A stretch of DNA of 56,169 nt, counting the filler, from Squatina squatina (lineage: Eukaryota), in assembly GCA_031763465.1 (NCBI GenBank). It is 3 parts of 3 records of this genome, joined end to end, with 100 filler letters (N's around TTAATTAATTAA, not from the genome) between each part and the next. Parts side by side here need not be neighbours in the genome. Positions count along the whole stretch, not along the records: positions 25,655 to 41,610 come from JARFOE010000115.1; positions 41,711 to 56,169 come from JARFOE010000072.1; 1 more part is not named here. The stretch is one strand, 5' to 3'. Under the pieces are notes generated by a model. It was not told the origin of the DNA. It saw only the letters and a program-made list of their open reading frames with translations, and did not search any database. Positions 33,770 to 44,750 of the stretch are shown piece by piece. The position numbers and the translations under genes were made by a program. Position 1 is the stretch's first letter. Every line of letters starts with the position of its first letter.

Positions 33770-35113
33770 GTCTCTCTCACACACACACACACACACAGGG
33801 TAAAGAGGCTGCTGTCTCTCTCACACACACACACACAGGGTAAAGGGGCAACTGCCTCTCACACACACACACACACACACAAATGGGGCAAATGTCACAC
33901 ACACACACACACGGTAAAGGGGCAACTGTCTCACACACACACAGGGTAAAGGGGCAACTGTCACTCACACACACAATGGGTAAAGGGACAACTGTCTCAC
34001 ACAGGGTAAAGGGGCAACTGTCACACCCACACACACACACACGGTAAAGGGGCAACTGTCTCTCACACACACATACACAGGGTAAAGGGGCTGCTGTCTC
34101 TCTCACACACACACACACACACAGGGTAAAGGGGCAACTGTGTCACACACACACACACAGGGTAAAAGGGGCAACTGTCACTCACACACACACACAGGGT
34201 AAAGGAGCAACTGTCTCACACACACACAGATACACAGGGTAAAGGGACAACTGTCACACACACACAAAGACACACATACACACACACACGGGGTAAACGG
34301 GCAACTGGCTCACACACACACACATACACACACGGTAAAGGGGCAACTGTCACACACACACAGGGTAAAGGGGCAATTGTCTCACGCACACACAGTGTAA
34401 AGGGGCAACTGTCTCACACACACACAGGGTAAAGGGGGCAACTGTGTCACACACACAGGGTAAAGAGGCAACTGTCACACACACACAGACAGGGTAAACG
34501 GACAACTGTCTCACACACACACACACAGGGTAAAGGGACAACTCTCACACTCACACAGGGTAAAGGGGCAACTATCACGCGCACACATACACACACACAC
34601 ACAGGGTAAAGAGACAACTGTCACACACACACAGGGTAAAGGGGCAATTGTCACTCACACACACATGGTAAACGGGCAACTGTCTCACACACAGGGTAAA
34701 GTGACAACTGTCACTCTCACACACACAGAGGATAAATGGACATCTGTCACACACACACACACACATACACTCGGTAAAAGGGGCAACTGTCACTCACACA
34801 CACAGGGTAAACGGACAACTATCTCACACACACACACACACACACAGGGTAAACGGGCAACTGTCACACACACACACAGGGAAAAGAGGCAACTCTGTCA
34901 CACACAGGGTAAAGGGGCAACTGTCACACCCACACACACACACACGGTAAAGGGGCAACTGTCTCTCACACACACACACACATACACAGGGTAAAGTGGC
35001 TCCTGTCTCTCTCACACACACACACAGGGTAAAGGGGCAACTGTCACTCACACACACAGGGTAAAGGAGCAACTGTCACTCACACACACAGGGTAAAGGA
35101 GCAACTGTCACTC
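33770..35113. repeat. Compound minisatellite: (CA)n-GGGTAAAGGGGCAACTGT units
   Basis: Roughly 35-40 units with a constant ~18-nt core and variable CA spacers. Confidence 0.95.
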
Positions 35114-35268
35114 NNNNNNNNNNNNNNNNNNNNNNNNNNNNNNNNNNNNNNNNNNNNNNNNNNNNNNNNNNNNNNNNNNNNNNNNNNNNNNNNNNNNNNN
35201 NNNNNNNNNNNNNTCTAATGGCCTCCCTTCCTGAAAATTGTTACTAACCTCGGTTTGTTTGCCAACAG

Positions 35269-35749
35269 TGAAGATATCTGCTCTGCAATCAGTCCACCCA
35301 GGCAGGAGTTCCTGTCTAGCAATGCAATGCTACCTCCAGAAGTATTAACCTTTCGAAAATCTGAAGTGGCGGAGAACATGCTGCGAGGTTCATCAGTCCC
35401 TGCCGGGAGAGCTTTGGGTCCTGGTGTGTACAATGTAATGACACCCTCTCCCCATCCTTACACCTTGTACAGCCAACTCCCCGTCCACAATTACTCTGGG
35501 AATCCTTACACAATTAATGAGTTCCGAGACTCCCATGTCCCTCTGTCCGAGATCCCAAGGGTGAGGAGGTACCAGGGTAACTGTGTGCAGCACAATAGTG
35601 ACACGGGTTTCACGAAGTACAACAGCAGGTCTGTCACTGACATCTCGTCCAATATTTGTCATGCGACTGTTTTCTCTCCCAGAGAGATTTGTAAGGAAGA
35701 TGAAGTTAAAATGGATTTGCACTACAACCCAACTCATGGCTCCAAAATG
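35269..35749 (+). CDS. BCL6: BCL6 middle (RD2/PEST) exon, truncated by a gap
   Basis: Branch TACTAAC and CAG acceptor; SEDICSAISPPRQEFLSS...EFRD...SSNICHATVFSPRE...DLHY aligns with recalled BCL6 (SEAEMVSAIKPPREEFLNS...SPNVCHSNIYSPKE). Confidence 0.85.
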
Positions 35750-35849
35750 NNNNNNNNNNNNNNNNNNNNNNNNNNNNNNNNNNNNNNNNNNNNNNNNNNN
35801 NNNNNNNNNNNNNNNNNNNNNNNNNNNNNNNNNNNNNNNNNNNNNNNNN

Positions 35850-36235
35850 CCCAGCGCTCCCGCAGCCCACACGGTGCCCCAGCGCTCCCGCAGCCCACAC
35901 GGTGCCCCAGTGCTCCCACACCCCACACTGTGCCCCAGTGCCCCCGTGCCCCACACGGTGCCCCAGCGCTCCCACACGGTGCTCCAGCGCTCCCACACCT
36001 CACATGGTGCCCCAGCGCTCCCACACGGTGCCCCAGCGCTCCCACACGGTGCCCCCGCGCTCCCACACCCGACACGGTGCCCCAGCGCGCCCGCGCCCCC
36101 ACGGTGCCCCCGCGCTCCCGCACCCCACCCTGTGCCCCAGCGCTCCCCCACCAGACACGGTTCCCAAGGGCTTGCACAACCGACACGGTGCCCCAGCCCT
36201 CCCGCAACTGACACGGTGCCCCAGCGCTCCCCTCC
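35850..36235. repeat. GC-rich ~21-bp minisatellite (CCCACACGGTGCCCCAGCGCT)n
   Basis: About 15 imperfect tandem units. Confidence 0.9.
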
Positions 36236-36360
36236 GACTGACGGCGCGGCACTGCCCCAAGCCACAGCTAACACCTCGACTCTTCCAGACGAGTATATGA
36301 TGTGTCCTCTATAAACTACTTAAATCTGTCTACCACTGAATTGTTTCTCTTTCTCTCCAG

Positions 36361-36501
36361 TGTGAGAAATGTAACCTGCACTTTCGCCACAAGAGCCAGT
36401 TGCGACTTCACCTGCGGCAGAAACATGGAGCCATCACCAACACCAAGGTGCAGTACCGGGTTCCTGCAGAGCCACAGTCAGACCAGTGCCGAGCACGCTA
36501 A
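36361..36501 (+). CDS. BCL6: BCL6 last coding exon (zinc finger 6 and C-terminus)
   Basis: Pyrimidine tract plus CAG; CEKCNLHFRHKSQLRLHLRQKHGAITNTKVQYRVPAEPQSDQCRAR*. Confidence 0.95.
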   Translation, partial: CEKCNLHFRHKSQLRLHLRQKHGAITNTKVQYRVPAEPQSDQCRAR

Positions 36502-36688
36502 TCTCCGCTCGCCCGCTCGCTCATTCTCACACGCACTTGTGGGAAAAATGACTTGTGTTTTTTGAGGTGGTGGAATTTCTTTGAATTGNNNNNNNNNNNN
36601 NNNNNNNNNNNNNNNNNNNNNNNNNNNNNNNNNNNNNNNNNNNNNNNNNNNNNNNNNNNNNNNNNNNNNNNNNNNNNNNNNNNNNNNN

Positions 36689-37267
36689 GGTGAGTTCATC
36701 TTCAAATGGCATATCCAATTATCTTTTTCACTAACCTCATCCTCTATATTCTCTACACCCCTAGCACCCACATATCAATCAGTACTCAATCCTAACATTC
36801 ATATGCATTATCTCACCTTCACACACTTAACACTGTTGCAAGCCTCACACCCACCACTCTCACAGCTTGCACACATTGGCAGCTATTCAATCATGACAGC
36901 CACATCATCAAAGCATATTGTCGGATACTCACTGACACACTTTCCTGTGTCTTGTAGGAGAAGGTGGTGGATAACAGCACGCAGCAGGGAAGAAATGGAG
37001 GAGGACACAGCGCCTGCATGATTTAACCCCAATGGGAGAGACAAAGCTGGCCATCATAGGAGGCACCATCACTGTGCCTGTGGCCACTGGTGGGGCTGGA
37101 GAGATCAGTGTTGAGTGTATCAGCATACCGAACCCTCCTTCTTTCATCCCACTTCTACCTCATCCCACAATCTCTTCTGACTCAAAAGCTGCAGAGAGTG
37201 TAAGCACACATTACTTACTTTCTCCTGTCTCCTCATCACAACCCAACCCTTGTACTTTTTTAAATTT
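36689..37267 (+). mobile_element. Probable decayed PIF/Harbinger Myb/SANT-like accessory gene remnant
   Basis: GTGAGT donor at ~36690 and TTGTAG acceptor at ~36957, then EKVVDNSTQQGRNGGG / RLHDLTPMGETKLAIIG, resembling the TGGG...LTPxExxxLxIIG motif, frameshifted. Confidence 0.5.
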
Positions 37268-38076
37268 AAGATACCTAAGAACTGGTGNNNNNNNNNNNNN
37301 NNNNNNNNNNNNNNNNNNNNNNNNNNNNNNNNNNNNNNNNNNNNNNNNNNNNNNNNNNNNNNNNNNNNNNNNNNNNNNNNNNNNNNNGCTGCTATTTGTC
37401 CATGGGAATCACCTTTTAATTTCTCAACTGAATCATCTTGTATCCATTCACGAAAACCACGGACTGACTTAGGTTTAAGGTCTACTATTTGAGTCTGAGT
37501 AGGGGTTTTTGTTTACAAGGGAACGAATGTGCAACACAAGCACCTTTTAGTTGTGCTTCTGTAGCACCCTACCCACGGCAGCATTGTAAACCACACTGCG
37601 AGAGGTTTAGTAATATCAGGGCTTAGAGTAAAATTCCCCTAGGCTGTCCTCACAGCGCATCTGCTGAAGCCTCAATGCGAGGCTGAAGTAGCTAATGATT
37701 GTCAATGGACAGGCAGGCAGGAAGGACAGTCATCTCGAGCAGGCACAGTAATAATGTGCAAGCCACAATTAAACCTTTAAGTTATGAAAGAGGCTGCCAA
37801 TAACTGACTGGTTCAGCAGTTCAATGCTGGAGTTGTGCTCGAGTGAATAAACGTCATCAGCATCGAGGGTCCTGCTTGGAGATCTTGAGGAGGGATTGGG
37901 ATGACCAATGACCAGGGCCTGCCGCTGATGCCCTCGTCAGAAGCCAGGCCTGATTGGCCAGGGTGCGAAAGGTTCCNNNNNNNNNNNNNNNNNNNNNNNN
38001 NNNNNNNNNNNNNNNNNNNNNNNNNNNNNNNNNNNNNNNNNNNNNNNNNNNNNNNNNNNNNNNNNNNNNNNNNNNN

Positions 38077-38220
38077 CCGCCCCCTGCATTTGCTTAAAAC
38101 CTGCGACAATTCTAACTTTTTCCAGTTGTGACGAAGGGTCATGGGCCTGAAACGTTGACTCTGTTTCTCTCTCCGCAGATGCTGCCTGACCTGAGTATTT
38201 CCAGCATTCTCTGTTTTTTA
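38077..38220 (+). mobile_element. Penelope-like terminal-repeat fragment with hammerhead motif (second copy)
   Basis: Homologous to 4034-4152 and retains upstream gcttaaaacc..ttctaactttttccagtt sequence. Confidence 0.7.
38124..38160 (+). ncRNA. Minimal hammerhead ribozyme motif, core C3>G (likely inactive)
   Basis: AGUU-GUGACGA-A-GGGUC(AUG)GGCCU-GAAA-CGU-U-GACU. Confidence 0.55.
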
Positions 38221-38949
38221 ATACAGCTACTTGTCCTGGTTCAAGGTCCTGCCTGGTTAAGTGATTGACCGAGCTGAACTGTGTCTTGTTTTGCATTTTT
38301 GTTTTTGACCAACGCTTGCCAACAGCTAAAGACTTAAAATACATCCGAGTGTTTGTTTGTTTTTAATCACAGCGATGTCAGCTGTCTGCCGCACAACAAG
38401 ATCTGAATGACTGGATCAAATGTGTGTCCAGTGCTGCACCGTGTCCGTCTCGCTGGCTCAGTGACAAGCCAATTCTTTCATTCAAGGTGCTTTATTGCTT
38501 GGACTTATTGTAGATTGCGATGCCAGAGTGGGCAGGATATCCCGGCATCTTCCAAGGCACGATATATTTATTGTTCACAGCAGCAGCTTCCTCTCTATGC
38601 TTTGTGTGGCTTTTGATGAGACAAATACCATTTTTCAGGAATGGAAACGGAATTGGTTGGGGGGGGGGTGGGTGGGGTGGCGGGGAAGGGAGGTATTTTG
38701 TGGCAACAGACGGCAGCTGGCTATAGGATGATTTACAGTTGTGTACGAGTTTGTGGGGATGGGAGAAAGTCCTTGTTGGCTTCAGGTTTGTGTGTGCTCA
38801 TGGTTGGGGCTCCTCCTGTAAAACCATAAACCAGTTTGGGTGTGACCGTACGTGATACGTGGCTTCGCATCAAGTGAATTGCTATACGAGCTGGTGAATT
38901 TCCTGGATAAAGACCTTTTACATTTTGTAAAACTCTACTGTACTTTCAG

Positions 38950-39198
38950 TTGACTGATTTGTGCTCAGCACCCACATGCCATGGGCTACATCAATCGCAA
39001 CTGAAGGTCGATGAGTCAGAAAGAATGCTCTTTTGCGAAGGAGTAGATCGAAACTCTTCCCTCGTATCTGCAGTCCCCCCTTGCACTCCAGAAGGTGCTC
39101 ACATCTCTGCTATAACTCCACGCATGCTGGAAGATCTCCAGTACTGCACCCGACTGGCTGCTCCTCATGTTGAGCCTAGACTGAGCTGGCAGGCAGCG
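38950..39198 (+). CDS. Candidate phase-0/0 exon of an unidentified gene
   Basis: TACTTTCAG acceptor, GTGAGC donor, 249 nt (83 open codons). Confidence 0.45.
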
Positions 39199-39328
39199 GT
39201 GAGCCAAGTCCTATCCTCACCCGTGTCCNNNNNNNNNNNNNNNNNNNNNNNNNNNNNNNNNNNNNNNNNNNNNNNNNNNNNNNNNNNNNNNNNNNNNNNN
39301 NNNNNNNNNNNNNNNNNNNNNNNNNNNN

Positions 39329-39440
39329 AGGAGAAAGCGGGAATATGGCGATGAGATAGAGGATTAACCATGATCGTATTGAATGGCGGAGCAGGCTTGA
39401 AGGGCCGAATGGCCTACTCCTATTTTCTATGTTTCTATGT
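39329..39440 (+). mobile_element. CR1/HER1-type 3' tail
   Basis: gaatggcggagcaggcttgaagggccgaatggcctactcc...ttctatgtttctatg. Confidence 0.8.
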
Positions 39441-40729
39441 GGGGCGAGTGGGAGGGGACTTTGTTGAATAAGCTGCTTGTTCAGTTAATTGAGCAGAATG
39501 ATGCAATTTTACATTTCTGTTAGTATCGGAGAAATGCTCAGGTTTAATTCTCTGAAAGGAAGGCAATGTAAATATAGAATTTTGAGTCCAGTATAAATAG
39601 ATGCTGTGAAAGAAGTGAAGTGAAGATGCTGGTTGTCTATATAAATATACCGTAGCTTTAACTTGTAGATTAGCTGTGGTATTTTGAGTGGAAGCTGTCC
39701 CGAGAGTTCTCAGTGAGATGGGATTTTATTGCGCCGTGCACTTTATCCTGAATATTTATTGATTTGCCCTCATAACTGGCATGAATGAAGAATCTGCGTT
39801 AATCATGTGGGAGGGGATGTAATTTCTGACCGTTCTAGCAGGGGCAGACTGGCACCGGGAGCTGCACCTGTTTCCTCGAGGTAGAACACTCGGTTTCTTG
39901 CAAGGATTTGGGAAATGTTCAAATGTATTTCACTTTTTCTGCGTCCTACAGCGTGATTAAATATAGCCTGTAAATCCTGACCCTGAGTGGGTGGAGCACT
40001 TTGAAGTGTTAGGACTATTTCCAGTGGAACTTTGCCCATTCCAGCCCGAGAACAGTCTTAAAATGTGGGACTCTGCTGCCAATCAGATGGGGAGACGATC
40101 TAACGAATATTGTGATTAATTTGAAAATCTGGATCCTGGATCCTGGATCCATGAGGTTGAAATCGATCACTGATCTCTTTTGCAGCTCAGATTTTTAAGA
40201 AATCACTTGGAAAAAATGAAGCAACTGATGTCTGGAATGTAATGGGTTGGGTGTACTTGTGTCCTTTGGTAGGTTTAAGGGGCAGAAAAAAAACAGGACT
40301 AAGTGAATGCTGGAGTTTGCACATGCATTGGTATGCATCCGAGGTTAGGTTACATGAAAGGGAAGATGAGGGTAGGACTGTGGAGAGTAAGGGAAATTCC
40401 AAAGGACAGTGCAGGGGCACATTCCTTCCAGAACACTGCCAGCTCTCCGATTGACAGATGTAGTGAATGCTCTGCCAGGGCACTGACGCGACACAATGAG
40501 CTGTGGGTACTTGCAGCACAGGGGGACTTCAAAAGCAGATTTCTCTCGTTCACACTGTACCACGACAGTGAGTTGTTTGAGAAAGCACTTATTTATTAAT
40601 TTGTTTATTTGATTAATTATTTTCACCCATGCAGGCATCAACTCCCAGATGGAGCACAGCCCCAGCTGGAGCATCATATATTCAAGCAGAGTCCACGTGG
40701 TTTTAAGAAAAGGAAATTTATTGGGTGCA

Positions 40730-40950
40730 ATGAGCAGGGTGGATAAAGGGGAACCAGTAGATGTAGTGTATTTGGATTTTCAGAAGGCTTTCGATAAGGT
40801 CCCACACAAGAGATTGGTGAACAAAGTTAGAGCACATGGAATTGGGGGTAATATACTGGCATGGATTGAGAACTGGTTAACAGACAGAAAACAGAGAGTA
40901 GGAATAAATGGGTCTTTTTCAGGTTGGCAGGCTGTGACTAGTGGGGTACC
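40730..40950 (+). mobile_element. CR1 LINE RT fragment (well preserved)
   Basis: VDKGEPVDVVYLDFQKAFDKVPHKRL...WLTDRKQRVGINGSFSGWQAVTSGVP. Confidence 0.92.
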
Positions 40951-41432
40951 NNNNNNNNNNNNNNNNNNNNNNNNNNNNNNNNNNNNNNNNNNNNNNNNNN
41001 NNNNNNNNNNNNNNNNNNNNNNNNNNNNNNNNNNNNNNNNNNNNNNNNNNCCCTTGCTGTGCAGGTGAGCAAAGACTAGTTGAGGGGGCCTCCGGTGCAT
41101 TGTGAGCTCTGACTGCTGCATGGCCCACGTGTGCAGTGAGCGATGGAGCTCCGTTGGAGTAGAGGGTATATAGACCTTCTCGCAGCTAGCAGTGACAGGC
41201 ACAGCAGTCTGGGCATCCCAGCCCGGCACTCTCAGCCCTGGTACAGGAGAGTGGCTCTGAGGGGATCCAGGAGCATGGTGGTGATATCACTGGACTCGTA
41301 ATCCAGAGGGCATGGGCTCAAATCTTACTGAGAGTGTGTGAGACCCTGAAAGAAATGTTTAGTGGTTTCAGAAAGTCAGAGTGAGATGGTGGAAGTTTTT
41401 CCCTAGCATGATCATCGGTTTGTGTTTTGCAG

Positions 41433-41565
41433 ACCAGTTTTAAATGTCCAGCCGATTGACCTGTCCTTCAGCGATGAGCCACATGAGGGGGTACCAGGCA
41501 ATAGAATCGAGATCAGCATGGATGTGGTACGCATGCAGGATATGGAGCCCCTGGACCCAATGTGG
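41433..41565 (+). CDS. Candidate exon of an unidentified gene
   Basis: TTTTGCAG acceptor and GTGAGT donor; open frame [44 protein letters not shown]. Confidence 0.55.
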
Positions 41566-41610
41566 GTGAGTACAAGCCTGCTCTAGTGCTGGTGACCACT
41601 GGCTCTCCCG

Positions 41611-41710
41611 NNNNNNNNNNNNNNNNNNNNNNNNNNNNNNNNNNNNNNNNNNNNTTAATTAATTAANNNNNNNNNNNNNNNNNNNNNNNNNNNNNNNNNN
41701 NNNNNNNNNN
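41611..41710. other. Artificial scaffold linker N44-TTAATTAATTAA-N44
   Basis: Same design as 25555-25654. Confidence 0.95.
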
Positions 41711-43136
41711 AACATGGAATAACTTCTAATTTGTTTAGTTAACTTCAAAACTGGTGATTATACAGCATTATTCATCCAATTTTGTTCTGTTCTTAAGATA
41801 CAGAGAAGTATAAAATTGAAGATTGTTTTACTCTGCAGCACCATCACCTCAACCTTAATGAGCAAATAAAAAAAGCTGTTGGTACTAAAAGCTCCTTCAG
41901 TGTTGGAAATGTAATACTTTGCAAAGGTTCGATATGTCTGAATGAATTTGGTGCAACTTAATAGGATTATTAATACTGTTCTTGCTATTATGCAGAGGGG
42001 ATTGTTTTCACAGTTGCATTTCAAATTAAGCACTGTGATAGCAATTGCACCCATAAAAAGCAGTTTTATTAATTGATTATCAATATGCAGTTCAATGGAT
42101 TTTGCTGTGTTTTTTATTTTAAATCTCTTCTGAAATTTTTAACACACTTATATTGGATATCTCATGTTTGTGAAAATTGTATTTTGTTAATGACAAATAA
42201 GGTAACTTCAGTGAAGAACTGATCTGTTTCATTTTCATTTTATTCAATTCAGTGAGGTTGTTCTCGCAGTACAAAAGAAAAATTGATTTTGGCAAAGTCA
42301 TTTTCTAGTAAGTCTTTTACCCCAGCAGGACTTGCGTATCTTCAGATCAGTTCATGACAGTCATGATAGTGAGCCTGTTGCATATGTCACATTGCTGTGA
42401 ACTGCCGATAAAACAAGCTAAGATTACCTGTACGAATCCACAGTTTATTTACTGCTTTGTCTGCCACCATGAAAATGGTGGGTTGGCAGGGCAGCAAGAG
42501 TACAGTTGTTAAAATTAATTTAAAAAGACATATTTTGAATAAANNNNNNNNNNAGATGATACTATCACCTTCCATAATCACACTTTCACAATGCATTGGA
42601 TAGCTGTTGTTAATCTCAAGAAATAGAAGGGAATGGCATGGATGAACAGTTATAGGCTAACTAAATGTTCCAATTTTGATTTTAATGAGATCTCGACAGC
42701 AATCACATGCAATAGTTTGGGTACAGTAGTGACAACAGTAATGGACCTGCGCATCATGGCACTATATGACTGGACTAAGGATAGGTGCAGTAGGAATGCG
42801 AGCCAACTCATGTGCTCTGCCGTCTGTTTTTAAATTAGCTAACATTTGGAACTCATAACATGGTGTTCCTCATTATAAGCTTTGCACTGCTCAGAAAACC
42901 ATAAATTATATAAAAAGGTTTTAAAAAAAATGACCCCTGCTAATAAAATTAGTTGTGCAATATATTCAACTCGTATGTCAGATCTGTGTAATAAAAGTCA
43001 AATTTCTTCATGTTACACATTTTGTTCCCCAAGATGTATCCTGTATGTTTTTATTAGAAAGGACTTTTTATTAGAAAGGACTATTTTCACTCTAGGATTA
43101 TGAAACGTAAACTTTTTTTTATTTATGGGTTCACAG

Positions 43137-43284
43137 GAGCATTTCCAGCAGCAGCAATGTATGCACGTAAAGACCTGCTTCAGAGACCTGCACATGTGGC
43201 AACTAAAACATTCCAGGCCTTGCGAATCTTTGTGAATGATGAATTGAATGAATTGTATAAAGGACTTAAAGCAGCTCACAAGTT
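43137..43284 (+). CDS. METTL15: METTL15 (RsmH-family 12S rRNA m4C methyltransferase) exon start, truncated by a gap
   Basis: CAG acceptor; [49 protein letters not shown], containing the RsmH H.AT.TFQALRI.VN.EL motif. Confidence 0.92.
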
Positions 43285-44224
43285 NNNNNNNNNNNNNNNN
43301 NNNNNNNNNNNNNNNNNNNNNNNNNNNNNNNNNNNNNNNNNNNNNNNNNNNNNNNNNNNNNNNNNNNNNNNNNNNNNNNNNNNNCATTTGTTTTAAGCAC
43401 TCCTATTAAAAAGTGGTTTTGGTTCTCAGCAAAAATATAACGTATAATAATATCTTCTTTAATGTTTTGTCTTTTTACCTTTGATTTAGTGTGTTTCTAA
43501 GAGGGGGCCTTTGAAACCAAGCAAGGTGTGTAGTCTTTTATGAAACTAAAGTATGTGGGAGTGTTGGGCTATTGCAATATTTGCTGTGCATCCCATCGAT
43601 GGAAGTTAAAACAAACATTGATGGTTTTCTGCCTGTTTCATCTCCCACAGTAATAACTGAAGAGGAAATCTGTGCTTTAAATGTCTGTCCATTTCAACAA
43701 GTTTCATACTCTATTCAGTCTGTTCCTTTGCTTATTGCTCTTGACCATTTTTGAACTGTAATCATTTACAAATGTTTTGCATCTGTAGCTCCTTTGACAG
43801 CTAAATCCTTTCATGCCAACTATTTTAAACATTTGTTCAGTGTTTTTCAGTGAATTATACAATATTTTGGAACTGAGAGAATTGAGACCAAACACAAGAG
43901 GGCCAGTGCAGNNNNNNNNNNNNNNNNNNNNNNNNNNNNNNNNNNNNNNNNNNNNNNNNNNNNNNNNNNNNNNNNNNNNNNNNNNNNNNNNNNNNNNNNN
44001 NNNNNNNNNNNCTGTAGGAGCCCTTCAGCTAATCCCACTCGCCCGGCATTTCCCCGGAGCCCTGCAATGTTTTCGTCCCTTCAGGTACTTCTCTGATTCT
44101 CTTTTGAAAGCCGCGATTGAATCTGCCTCCACCGCACTGTGAGGCAGGTCAAGCACCCCATTTATTCTGCAGCAACAGGATAACGAATAAATGAAGGGAC
44201 AAGTGCAGGTACATTTATGTAATT

Positions 44225-44750
44225 GGGGCGGGGATTATGCAGGAAATCTCTCCCCGCCGCCCCCGCCGTGTAAATCTGCAGCTAATCCGCGGCCTCTGTG
44301 CACACACTGCGGCCTGAGCTCCGCAGCCATGGCGTCACAGCAACCGCTGGCCTGACAACAGAGGCTGGGCCCGGGGGGGGTGGAGGGTCGAGGGTGGAAA
44401 GTGGAAACCCGCTCCAGCACCGAGTGGCAGCCGAGCTCCCCCACCGGGGAGCGGGGCGGCGTACGGCTTGCAGCCCTCGGTCAGGGGAATAAGCCCCGTT
44501 CCTTCAGTAACTCACCATCTTCGCCTCCTCCTCCTCCTCACAGCGCCGGGTAACTATGGGCGGCCGCAACGTCATCGCGCAGCCGACGGGAAAGTACACG
44601 TGATCGCAGACCCCGCCTCCTTTCGAGTCTCACGCGCGCTACGAGCGGTAACGTCAGCGCGCAGCCGACCCAAAGGACACGTGACCGCAGACCCCACGCT
44701 TCCCCCCCCTCTCCTTCTACGCGATGTGGTGGATTCAGCAGTGATCGAGA
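44225..44750 (-). promoter_or_regulatory. CpG-island promoter and first exon ending ATG|GTGAGT
   Basis: High CpG and GC content; GC boxes, two CACGTG E-boxes and two ACGTCA CRE-like half sites; minus-strand gaggcgaagATG (44516-44518) is followed directly by a donor. Confidence 0.75.

Noticed and set aside
33770-35113. CRISPR-like repeat-spacer appearance
   Set aside because: Spacers are only CA runs, repeats are degenerate, there are no cas genes and the context is vertebrate.
35255-36314. Long Pro/Ala-rich overlapping ORFs, including an apparent BCL6 extension
   Set aside because: The BCL6 exon is joined across a 100-N gap to a stop-free GC minisatellite.
40129-40150. (CTGGATC)3 and other small tandem duplications, such as 43052-43085
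   Set aside because: Ordinary replication-slippage duplications.
25655-41610. Telomerase RNA, expected near MYNN by human synteny
   Set aside because: I saw no CTAACCCTAA template on either strand in this block.
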